In this document: one piece after another, positions 12,294 to 21,739 of the stretch
Layout of the letters: every line of letters starts with the position of its first letter
How positions within the stretch are numbered: the first letter of the stretch is position 1
DNA from: Psammoneis japonica
Taxonomy: Eukaryota
Assembly: GCA_008632985.1 (NCBI GenBank)
Contig: QPGO01000090.1
Coordinates: 186,001 to 250,000 of the forward strand
Direction: 5' to 3'
DNA length: 64,000 nt
The notes under the pieces: generated by a model
The model's database searches: none
Told to the model about the DNA's origin: nothing
Seen by the model: the letters and a program-made list of their open reading frames with translations, nothing else
Position numbers and translations under genes: made by a program

Positions 12294-13266
12294 TGCACTG
12301 TACGCCTGAGATCAGATAGCAGTCAAGTCCATTCTTGCAAAAGTTTTGAGAAGACAACAGTTTTGGTGCAAAAACATGTAGATTCTACGTACGTCCTCGA
12401 GAAAATTTTGGGTTTTACGTCACGGGTCATTTTCGAAAGATTCCCATTGATTCATTTTTGTCATGGTCCTGAAATTTGTCCACAAGTTAAAGACAGACAT
12501 AATTACTAAAGAGAATCTTAAGAGCCATGACAAAATAAACCATCGAAAAATGAATAACTTGCACAGCATCTTCCTGAGAACACGTCGTGCGTGCGTCATG
12601 CTGCAAGGCACTGTAGGTGATGATACACTATGATTGGTGTCAAATCATGATGTTGACATACAGTACATACTGTACCTATGCGCGCTTACTGTAAAAGAAA
12701 ACCTCTTGGCAGTCGAGAGACTTATTGACAAAATTGTCGTTTAAATAAACTTGCTGATGTACGTTATGTAGCCCCGCGCAATGGTTGGTTTCGGTTGTCA
12801 TTGACTGCTCATTTTGTGTGAGTCCAGCTAACAAAGCAACCTAAACCTGCAGCCAAGGCAATGTACAATTAATTTTGGAGTCCAGCCTCCAGCCTCCCCA
12901 AATCATAATAAAACAACAACTGAGGAGTAGGACACTTACTGTGCCATACTCTCCAACATTTGTTGCGAGGTGAAATGAATCCATGATCATTGACACATCA
13001 CCACGGCCCAACAGCAGGGAGAACATTTTGTTGTCAGTTGTCGAGAAATGATTTCTTCTCACAATTTCCGCTGAAGGACAACTTCTTGGGCGGATTCACT
13101 CGACAACTTTGGAGTCTTCCAACACTGGAGGACACATTCTTGAAAGACAACCCACTTCAACTTTCTCCATGTGCGCAGGTGCCATCCCTTGATTGGCATC
13201 CCATGTGTCGCTCTTCTGACCCTTTGCTCTTCCTCCGCCGCACTGTTTTGCTAGCCCTCTACTCCC

Positions 13267-14642
13267 ATGACGATCAAATTGATTGGACGGCTTTTCCAAG
13301 CAGCAGTGTGCTCATTGTTCTTGATTTGTCCATCGGCACAAGGTCAGAGGCTCCGTCCGGGCCCTTTGTCTGCTCTTGGTGGCACCCCGGGTGAACGCAA
13401 GTTGAGTGACAATGGATCTCCAGATGTGACACTGGAGTGGAATTCCGTTGCTCTTGAAATGAACGCCCTCGACCACGCGGGTCCAGCGGGTCCAGCGGGA
13501 GACAGCAGCGACACGCAAGGCCCTCCTGCCTCCGCACGAGCACTGGCCATGGTGCACACTGCCATGTTTGACGCTTGCAACGCAGTGGATCGTCGCCACA
13601 CGCCCCACTTGTACCAAGAAACCGATTCTGGCGCCTCTGTCGAAGCTGCCGTTGCCCAGGCTGCCCATGACGTCCTCCAGCTCTCGTTCCTGACTTCGCA
13701 CCACTGCACGCCGATGCTCTTGCGACGACACTCAATCGCGTCGATGATGACGACGAGAGTGGTGACGACGATAAAAGGAAGGAACGAGGAATCCTGTTGG
13801 GCAAAGGGGCTGCATTGGCCATTCTACAGAAACGAATGGAGGAACAAGACTTTAAATGGTTTAACAGCGCAAACATCTCATGCACCCCCACTGGTGTGAT
13901 TTTAAATCATGATGTCGATCCGGTGAATCCAGACCAAGGATTTGATGGTCCCGGTTTTGGGAACATGTCTGCCTTTGGCATCCAAAGCGCCGATGCGCAC
14001 ATGGCCCCGGAGCCACCCACGGCTGACACTGGTGATCATGCTTTTGCATTTGATGAAGTCAAAGAGTTGGGAATCTTTCGCGGTGGTACGACAGGCTCAA
14101 CCGCCCCAACTGATGACCCTGCGTACGTAACTGCGAATTGTTGGAGTTACAATGGAAGCCCCAAGACTGGCACACCTCCACGCTTGTACAACCAAATTGC
14201 GCGTACGATTGCCATCGATCAACGGAACGAAGTTCACGAGAATGCAAGGTTGCTCGCACTTGTCAACATTGCCATGGCGGATGCTGGTGTCACTGCATGG
14301 AAAACCAAGTGTGAACACAATTGTTGGCGTCCAATTTTGGGCATTCGACTTGCAGCCACCGATGGGAATAATGACACCGATGCGGTGACAGATTGGGAAC
14401 CGCTCGGGGGTTCTCGCAGCAATCCAGTCGTTAAATTCCCAGGCGAGAAAAACTTCTCGCCTCCCTTTCCAGCCTACACGAGCGGTCATGCCTGCTTTGG
14501 TGCGGCAATGTTCAAGACGCTTGCCAACTTTTATCAGAGGGATGACATCACTTTCAAGTTTGTTTCGGACGAATGGAATGGTGAGACGCTTGACGTGTTT
14601 GAAAGGGTCCGTCCCTTTATTGAACGAGAACACACTTCTCTT
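13267..14642 (+). pseudogene. Vanadium-dependent haloperoxidase (PAP2 superfamily, bacterial-type), 5' part; disrupted by a frameshift (~13678) and a copia insertion
   Basis: Signal peptide; WNSVAL..GPPASARALAMVHTAMFDA; ARLLALVNIAMADAGVTAWKTK(C)E(H)N(C)WRP; PPFPAYTSGHA; intronless. Confidence 0.88.
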
Positions 14643-14989
14643 TGTGACAACATTCACACTTGCATGTTTTTACAACAACATCGGACCTCCACGATTCAAA
14701 TCAGAGATCCAAGATTCGAACCCCGTGTGCGATGCTCAGTCTCGAATCCCGCGGAAGCCGAGTCACGAATGCGATGTTTGTTCCTAGCTTCGCGCTTGTT
14801 TAACTTCGCGTTTCCTTTAGATGGCAGCTGCATCTGCTCATAAAAACTGCTCATAATCTTTCTAACGCACTGATTATCACCTCTCAACTTTTGGTACAAT
14901 AAAGTTGCTGATTGATTGTTGTGTCGCAATTACAGCTTTTAATCACTGAAAGTGCAGACGAATCACAGAATTCCGGCTACTTTCCCACA
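14643..14989 (+). repeat. 5' LTR
   Basis: Direct repeat of 20873-21219 with 5 substitutions in 347 bp by hand alignment. Confidence 0.97.
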
Positions 14990-15063
14990 CGCTTCCTCTG
15001 CGAAATCTACAAGTTAAGTCAATCGATCTTAAGCTCTCGATTCTACTTTACTTTGCTGTTACT

Positions 15064-16569
15064 ATGGTCACGCAGACACGAACCGCGGCTGCTCTAGCTG
15101 CCTCTGTTGTAGCTCCCGCTGCAGCACCCGCTGCAGCTCCTACCACTGCTGCTGCTCCGGCAACAGCACCTGCTCCTGCAGCCGCTCCAGTTGCTCCTGC
15201 ACCTCCCCCAGTCGTTCCTCCCGGTGTACCTCCAGGAGGAGGTGGCGGAGGAGGTGGAGGAGGAGGCGGAGGTGGAGTCCCACCAGGTGGAGTCCCGCCA
15301 GGTGGACCACCATTGGCACCTCTGCCACCACTGCCGATCTTCGCGTTGACTCCAGGTCAACACCGTCCCAACATCTTCATCGACTACGGCACATCGCAAG
15401 GCCTCAAACTTTGGAACGCCGCTGCTGCACCGCTGCCGCACGAGTTCAACGGCGATTCAGAAGGTCTCAAACGGTTTTGTGAGACACTCAGTCAACGAGC
15501 TGCCGAGGCAGGATGGAAAACAGGGGCAGGAGACATACTTGCCATTCCCGACGCGAATGGAACTCCACGAGATCTCATCTCCGAGTACGGATTACTCACT
15601 CTACAGGATGTTAGAACCCACGCGAACACCTTCGCGAATCTACCTACGCGACAAGCACAGAACAATGTGCAGATGGCCGAGGCGATCTCTCAATCCCTTA
15701 CAGAAGAAGCAAGAGACAAGACATTGGCTGAGATAGATTCCTATACGATCAATGGAAATCAAATCGGCACACTGTTCTTCAAGCTACTTACGCAAAAGGC
15801 CATCGTTGACACACGCTCTACCACCAACTACTTCCGCGAGAACTTGTCAAGCCTGGATACGTACATGGCGGCTGTCAACTCGGACATCGAAGAGTTCAAC
15901 AAGTGCGCCAAGCTCAACGTTGACGGACTCCAAGCTAGAGGAGAGCAGTGCGACGACCTTATCATGAACCTATTCAAAGGATACGCCGCAGCTGCTGACG
16001 AAGCATTCGTCAAGTACATCATGTTACACAAGGACAGGTACGACGACGGTGAGGAATTCACGCCGACGCAAATCATGACGTTGGCACTGAACAAATGTGC
16101 TAACCTCAAGCGCGAGAAGAAGTGGGGAGCACTGTCACCGGCTGAAGAGCAAATCGTCGCGCTTACAGCCAAGGTAGACTCCATCAAGGATCAGAACCTT
16201 CAGCTATCTAAAGCTTTGAAGGCCAAGGCTGGTTCAACCAAGGAAAGAAGCACACGGTCAAGGAAGACCAAGACCACTCCACGTCAGAGACAGAAAGCGG
16301 ACGAAGCCTGGAAGAAAGTCCCGCCTAAGGAGGACGCTCCTAAGAAGACAGTGAACGGTCATCAGTGCTATCACAAGCGCGTCAACAATCGCGACTATCA
16401 CTGGTGCCCATATCACACTGCTTGGGTCATACACTTACCTGATGATCCGGGCAACCAAGGCTGTAGACTCCGCAAGCAACAGTCTGCTCCATCCACAGAC
16501 ACGTCGGACAAGAAAGTCTCCTTCGCAAGTGCTATCTCCACCATCCTAAATGAAGTGGATCAAGAGTGA
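15064..16569 (+). CDS. gag: Gag protein of the copia element
   Basis: 501-aa ORF directly after the 5' LTR; Ala/Pro/Gly-rich N-terminus, basic C-terminus, Cys/His cluster WCPYH..WVIH...GC. Confidence 0.85.
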   Translation: MVTQTRTAAALAASVVAPAAAPAAAPTTAAAPATAPAPAAAPVAPAPPPVVPPGVPPGGGGGGGGGGGGGGVPPGGVPPGGPPLAPLPPLPIFALTPGQHRPNIFIDYGTSQGLKLWNAAAAPLPHEFNGDSEGLKRFCETLSQRAAEAGWKTGAGDILAIPDANGTPRDLISEYGLLTLQDVRTHANTFANLPTRQAQNNVQMAEAISQSLTEEARDKTLAEIDSYTINGNQIGTLFFKLLTQKAIVDTRSTTNYFRENLSSLDTYMAAVNSDIEEFNKCAKLNVDGLQARGEQCDDLIMNLFKGYAAAADEAFVKYIMLHKDRYDDGEEFTPTQIMTLALNKCANLKREKKWGALSPAEEQIVALTAKVDSIKDQNLQLSKALKAKAGSTKERSTRSRKTKTTPRQRQKADEAWKKVPPKEDAPKKTVNGHQCYHKRVNNRDYHWCPYHTAWVIHLPDDPGNQGCRLRKQQSAPSTDTSDKKVSFASAISTILNEVDQE

Positions 16570-19500
16570 CTGCTCTACAGGTTCACTCTGACACTGCTGC
16601 TGTCCTTGCAGATAGCCGTCACTGTGTCAGTGCTCCTCATAGCGGTCGCTGGCGTCATGAAATGTGCAGCATCGATCTGGATCATACTACTGTTCATGAT
16701 GCTGTCCCTTCCTTCAGAAAAGTGTAAGCGCCTGTCACATGCCGTAATGACGCTGGGTGAGTGGGTCATCTCACATATCCTGGCTGAACTGGGCACAAGA
16801 CGAGTTAAGACTTACCAGCGACGGCCAACGACGAGGTACTGCGCACGGTATCATACGTCGACGAGGCCAGGTCACCGCTCCAGAGTGGCCACCAAGAAGG
16901 CTCACTATGTCATTACACGATACAAGACGGTTAGAGCGTACAACTCAACCACACCATACCGTCCCGAGCGAACGGAGCCCACTTACGATTCGGACTCATT
17001 CGTAATCGGTGTCGACTCGCATTCTTCCTGCACCATGTCCAACGACGAGGCACACTTCATTGGTCCTCTTCGCAAATCCAACAAAGTGGTACTCGGTGTC
17101 AAGGGCTGCTTACGTGCTAAGGGAGAAGGAACAGTGCAGTGGGAAATTGAGGACGACATGGGACGAGTGCACAGCATCAAAATTCGAGACGCGCTACTCG
17201 TGCCGGACTTACCTCATTGTCTTCTCTGCCCGCAGCAATGGAGCCAGCAAGCTAATGACCACACGCCAGAGCCTCACGGAACCGTATCTTGGACTAGGGA
17301 CGACGGACTATTACTGATGTGGGATCAACGCAAGTATCATCGCCTGATTCCATGGTCCGCCAACTCTAACGTCGCCAAGATGCGCTCCGCACCCGGTTCC
17401 AACAAATACCGGACCTTTGCAGCCGCTGTCGAAGAACAAACCGATATCGAAACTATCGAGCACGTGGCCTATCAAGCTCACATCATACCACCAGACGACG
17501 AGAGTATTGCGAATGATGACGAGGCTGCAATTGATACAGACGTCTTCAGAAGTCCATCCGAGACACGTCCTTCCGAGACGCAAGACGCACGCAACACCAC
17601 TGATGAGGATGCTCCTGTCTTATTTGAGCCAACAGACGGAGCAAGTCGTTCAGACTCAGACGAGGAAAACCTAAGGGATTTCACGACACCGGAGGTACAG
17701 CAGGACTTACCGGAACCCATCAACATCATACCAAATGATGACGCCCTTGCTGCCACAGATGACCAGGGTGAACTATTGCGTTGGCATTACCGCCTGGGCC
17801 ACATGTCATTCAAAATGATAAAGCTATTGGCCGCCCTAGGCATTCTACCAAAACGCCTTACAAAGGTACACAACCCAAAATGTGCCGGCTGCCTGTACGG
17901 TGCCATGACGAAACGACCATGGCGCTCCAAGTCCAAGCGGAACCGACGAATCCACTTGGCAACTTCGCCTGGAGAAGCCGTATCCGTCGACCAGCTCGAG
18001 AGTCCTACTCCTGGATTGATCCCACAGCTCAAAGGGAGACCTACGAAACAAAGGTATCGAGCAGCGACAATTTTTGTTGATCATTTCAGCGGATTGGGAT
18101 ACATTTATCTGCAGAAAGGACTTACCTCAGCCGAGACGCTCGAAGCCAAGCACGCTTTCGAGGCATTTGCACGCCGGATGCACGTCCGTATTCAACACTA
18201 TCACACCGACAATGGAAGATTCGCTGATAATGCTTTCATACAAGACGTCAGGAAGCAACAGCAAACAATATCCTATTGTGGGGTCAACGCCCACTTCCAA
18301 AACGGCATCGCGGAGAAAAGAATAAGGGACCTCCAAGAGCAATCTCGGAAGCAACTCCTGCATGCAAAAGTGAGATGGCCAACGGCTATTGAGTTGAACT
18401 TATGGCCAAGCGCTCTCAGGAACTCAAACGAGATCAAGAATCACTTACCGAATCACGAGGACGGTTCTTCTCCGCTGGAACGTTTCTCGTCCGTCAAGGT
18501 CCAGCCTAATCTCAAACAACACCATACCTTCGGCTGCCCCGTCTACGCCTTGCACAACCGGTTGCAGGGAGGAGGTAGGCTGCCTAAGTGGGACCCAAGG
18601 GCAAGGTTAGGAATCAATTTGGGACCATCAACAAGACACGCAGGTTCAGTTACCTTGGTTTTGAATTTGCAGACCGGACTCGTATCGCCGCAATTTCACG
18701 TACAATTTGACGACTTCTTTGAGACTGTTCGTCCATCTGCTGGGAATCCTCCTACATTCTCACAATGGCAAGGCATTACAGGTTTCAGACAACTCAAGAC
18801 AAGGAGTACTTTCAACATCTTTGGGAAATCAAGTGACGTACCGGTTGAGGGATCAGTCCCTACCACAACGGAACCACCTGAGCCGAATTCGGATGTCCCG
18901 TCTCAGCTGCTGCATCCTACTGATACGTCTACCACTGATGACTCATTTGATAATGCCCAACCGGATGATGAAATGCTATACACGCCTCCAGATGATTCTG
19001 ACGCACCATCTGAGCCACAGCGCACTATGGGTCAACCCAGTACCAGTAGGTCCGGCCGACAACGACGCCCGACCGAAAGGATGCGCGAGAGCCAACTACA
19101 ACGGGCTCAAGGCATTGTCTCCTACAATGCAGAGGCAGAGGCATATTATGATGCGATGCACGAGGATGATTACAAACTGCAGGACGACATGGACTCACCT
19201 ATCTCTTTTCTGGCCAGCTCGGACCCCGACACCATGTACTTTGATCAGGCTATGCGTGAACCTGACAGAGACGAGTTTATCAAAGCCTGTGTTAAGGAGG
19301 TCAATGATCATATTGAAAGGAAACATTGGATACTCATTCCAAGAGAGGACGTACCTGACGATGTTGATGTTCTCCCTTCGGTATGGTCTATGAAGCGCAA
19401 AAGAGATATTAAGACCCAAGCCGTCTACAAATGGAAGTCCCGACTTAATGTGCACGGCGGAAAGCAAGAGTATGCTGTCAACTACTTCCAGACCTACTCT

Positions 19501-20829
19501 GCCGTGGTCTTCTGGTTCACTATCCGGCTCCTACTGATCATTGCCATTCTTAAGAAGTGGCATACACGCCAAGTCGACTTCGTTCTGGCGTATCCGCATG
19601 CCGATATCGAATATGATATGTACATGGAATTACCTGCAGGAATTGAAACAAAATATGGCAATGGTAAGACTCATGTTCTGAAGTTGCTCAAGAACTTATA
19701 TGGACAAAAGCAAGCAGGGAGAGTATGGCAAGAACACTTACGTGATGGATTGTTAAGGATTGGTTTCGTACAATCGGCAGTTGATGAGTGCCTGTATTTT
19801 CGTGGCAATGTCATTTTCATTCATTATGTCGATGACGGTATCTTTGCATCCCCTGACAAGTCTGCTATTGACAAGGCGATACAGGATATCAGAGATGAGA
19901 ATTTTGATATTGATGATCAAGGCACTCTGGACGACTATCTCGGTGTCAACGTCGAGACACTACCAGACGGCAGAATGAAACTTACCCAACCTCACCTTAT
20001 CAATCAGATACTGGAGATGGCCAATATTCCAAAGAGACTACCAGATAAGTCTACTCCTGCTCCTTCCTCCAAGATCCTCCACGGGCATATGAGTGAGCCT
20101 GCTTTCCAAGGGAGCTTTCATTACCGATCCATCATCGGCAAGCTCAATTTTCTGGAGAAGAGCACTCGACCGGATATCGCTTACGCGGTGCACCAAGTCG
20201 CACGCTTTTCTTCCGATCCCAAGGTTTCTCACGGTGAAGCCGTACTATGGCTCTGTAAGTACCTAAGGTCAACCAGAACTGAAGGTATTATACTACAGCC
20301 CTCAACGGACAAGTCCCTTGAAGTTCACGCCGACGCGGACTTTGTGGGCAATTGGAATAAGCTGACTGCACCCGATGACGTCGGCACTTCCAAATCTCGA
20401 ACTGGGTTTGTCATCACCTATGCAGGATGTCCGATTGTCTGGACGTCCAAGCTACAGACTCAGATCGCGCTCAGCACTACTGAAGCTGAATTTATCGCTC
20501 TTTCGGAAAGTCTTCGAAGCGCCATCCCAATTATGAACCTCATTCAAGAATTTATGGATCACGGTCATAATGTCCCTTCTAAGACACCAGTCGTACATTG
20601 TAAGGCTTTTGAAGACAATTCTGGAGCATTGGAGATCGCGAGATTGCCTAAGATGCGTCCTCGGACAAAACACTTCAACCTCACTCTCCACCACTTTAAA
20701 GACCATGTTCGCAAAGGTCTCATATCAATCCTACCAATTGATACGGCGGATCAGATTGCAGACATTTTCACCAAACCTCTACCACAGAATCTCTTCGTTA
20801 AACACAGGAAATCGCTCCTTAAGTGGTAA
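16570..20829 (+). CDS. pol: Pol polyprotein (protease, integrase, reverse transcriptase, RNase H), in frame with gag after a single TGA
   Basis: PR VDSHSSCTMS; IN WHYRLGH..CAGC, VSVDQL/HTDNG/NGIAEKRIR; RT KSRLNVHG, QVDFVLAY, LYGQKQAG, YVDDG; RH ADADF, STTEAEF, EDN, DQIADIFTK. Confidence 0.97.
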   Translation: MLYRFTLTLLLSLQIAVTVSVLLIAVAGVMKCAASIWIILLFMMLSLPSEKCKRLSHAVMTLGEWVISHILAELGTRRVKTYQRRPTTRYCARYHTSTRPGHRSRVATKKAHYVITRYKTVRAYNSTTPYRPERTEPTYDSDSFVIGVDSHSSCTMSNDEAHFIGPLRKSNKVVLGVKGCLRAKGEGTVQWEIEDDMGRVHSIKIRDALLVPDLPHCLLCPQQWSQQANDHTPEPHGTVSWTRDDGLLLMWDQRKYHRLIPWSANSNVAKMRSAPGSNKYRTFAAAVEEQTDIETIEHVAYQAHIIPPDDESIANDDEAAIDTDVFRSPSETRPSETQDARNTTDEDAPVLFEPTDGASRSDSDEENLRDFTTPEVQQDLPEPINIIPNDDALAATDDQGELLRWHYRLGHMSFKMIKLLAALGILPKRLTKVHNPKCAGCLYGAMTKRPWRSKSKRNRRIHLATSPGEAVSVDQLESPTPGLIPQLKGRPTKQRYRAATIFVDHFSGLGYIYLQKGLTSAETLEAKHAFEAFARRMHVRIQHYHTDNGRFADNAFIQDVRKQQQTISYCGVNAHFQNGIAEKRIRDLQEQSRKQLLHAKVRWPTAIELNLWPSALRNSNEIKNHLPNHEDGSSPLERFSSVKVQPNLKQHHTFGCPVYALHNRLQGGGRLPKWDPRARLGINLGPSTRHAGSVTLVLNLQTGLVSPQFHVQFDDFFETVRPSAGNPPTFSQWQGITGFRQLKTRSTFNIFGKSSDVPVEGSVPTTTEPPEPNSDVPSQLLHPTDTSTTDDSFDNAQPDDEMLYTPPDDSDAPSEPQRTMGQPSTSRSGRQRRPTERMRESQLQRAQGIVSYNAEAEAYYDAMHEDDYKLQDDMDSPISFLASSDPDTMYFDQAMREPDRDEFIKACVKEVNDHIERKHWILIPREDVPDDVDVLPSVWSMKRKRDIKTQAVYKWKSRLNVHGGKQEYAVNYFQTYSAVVFWFTIRLLLIIAILKKWHTRQVDFVLAYPHADIEYDMYMELPAGIETKYGNGKTHVLKLLKNLYGQKQAGRVWQEHLRDGLLRIGFVQSAVDECLYFRGNVIFIHYVDDGIFASPDKSAIDKAIQDIRDENFDIDDQGTLDDYLGVNVETLPDGRMKLTQPHLINQILEMANIPKRLPDKSTPAPSSKILHGHMSEPAFQGSFHYRSIIGKLNFLEKSTRPDIAYAVHQVARFSSDPKVSHGEAVLWLCKYLRSTRTEGIILQPSTDKSLEVHADADFVGNWNKLTAPDDVGTSKSRTGFVITYAGCPIVWTSKLQTQIALSTTEAEFIALSESLRSAIPIMNLIQEFMDHGHNVPSKTPVVHCKAFEDNSGALEIARLPKMRPRTKHFNLTLHHFKDHVRKGLISILPIDTADQIADIFTKPLPQNLFVKHRKSLLKW

Positions 20830-20872
20830 GACGTTTTCGAGTCATCATTCCACCCGACATTGTTGAAGGGAG

Positions 20873-21219
20873 TGTGACAATATTCATATTTGCATGTTTT
20901 TACAACAACATCGGACCTCCACGATTCAAATCAGAGATCCAAGATTCGAACCCCGTGTGCGATGCTCAGTCTCGAATCCCGCGGAAGCCGAGTCACGAAT
21001 GCGATGTTTGTTCCTAGCTTCGCGCTTGTTTAACTTCGCGTTTCCTTTAGATGGCAGCTGCATCTGCTCATAAAAACTGCTCATAATCTTTCTAACGCAC
21101 TGATTATCACCTCTCAACTTTTGGTACAATAAAGTTACTGATTGATTGTTGTGTCGCAATTGCAGCTTTTAATCACTGAAAGTGCAGACGAATCACAGAA
21201 TTCCGGCTACTTTCCCACA
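20873..21219 (+). repeat. 3' LTR
   Basis: Preceded by polypurine tract, followed by TSD CTCTT. Confidence 0.97.
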
Positions 21220-21224
21220 CTCTT

Positions 21225-21461
21225 TCGTTTGCGGAGGCCGAGAATGCCGCATCCCGTGTCTTCAACGGTGTGCACTGGCGCTATGATGGCAGCGAAGCTT
21301 GCATTGCCGGCAACGGCATTGCCAATGAGATCTTTGACCACATCTTGAGGCCTCTCGACGGCGGAGATAATGCCACACCTGATGTGGACATCGAAGCTGC
21401 CATCAATGCCATTCTTTTGGATGCCAGGAATGCCATTCACAACAATGGCTCTAGCGACTGA
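21225..21461 (+). pseudogene. Vanadium haloperoxidase, 3' part (resumes in frame after the TSD)
   Basis: Removing the element and one TSD gives ...EREHTSL|SFAEAENAASRVFNGVHWRYDG..., the third active-site motif SRxxxxxH. Confidence 0.9.
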
Positions 21462-21739
21462 GTTGAAATGGTGTCGGCTGCTAGCTAGCATGATAACAAA
21501 AAATTCACTAGTCTGATTATGTTTAGTCTGATTTCATCCTGCTCTTGGGAACGCTCCTGAGACATGCGTGGTGATTGAGGACCTCTTTAATGCGCGAGAA
21601 GTCGCAGTCCATGCCCCAGCGCATTCGCTCTCATGCCACTACAGTCCAAGCTGTAGTGTGCAGTCGCGAGGAGTGTTCAAGCTTCTCGCCAGCCAGCTGA
21701 AGCATTCCCAATGCGAAAGTAGATTTTGCGAATGTGACC

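Larger units (their letters stand above)
8850..12300. pseudogene. Island 1 core: heavily mutated repeat/pseudogene DNA depleted of TpA and largely of CpG
   Basis: Long stretches with no TA; ORF-track products are Cys/His-rich; 8890-9260 is homologous to 25500-25920. Confidence 0.7.
14643..21219 (+). mobile_element. Full-length Ty1/copia LTR retrotransposon (CoDi-like), 6577 bp
   Basis: 347-bp LTRs with TGTG...CACA ends, 5-bp TSD CTCTT (14638-14642 and 21220-21224), PPT GAAGGGAG at 20865-20872, domain order gag-PR-IN-RT-RH. Confidence 0.97.

Noticed and set aside
8850..12300. Classical fungal RIP or simple 5mC decay as the sole explanation of the islands
   Set aside because: RIP enriches TpA and AT content, the opposite of what is seen; CpG decay does not remove TpA, and TA-poor, CG-rich zones exist
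13060..13170. LRR-like fragment LKDNFLGG...LWSLPTLE...LKDNPL
   Set aside because: Too short and degenerate to call; possibly a pseudogene scrap
14700..14765. GATTCGAACCCC / CTCGAATCCC in the LTR as a tRNA gene
   Set aside because: No A box or cloverleaf could be built; it is part of both LTRs
15090..15335. GC-rich triplet-like repeats as a separate satellite
   Set aside because: They encode the Ala/Pro/Gly low-complexity N-terminus of Gag
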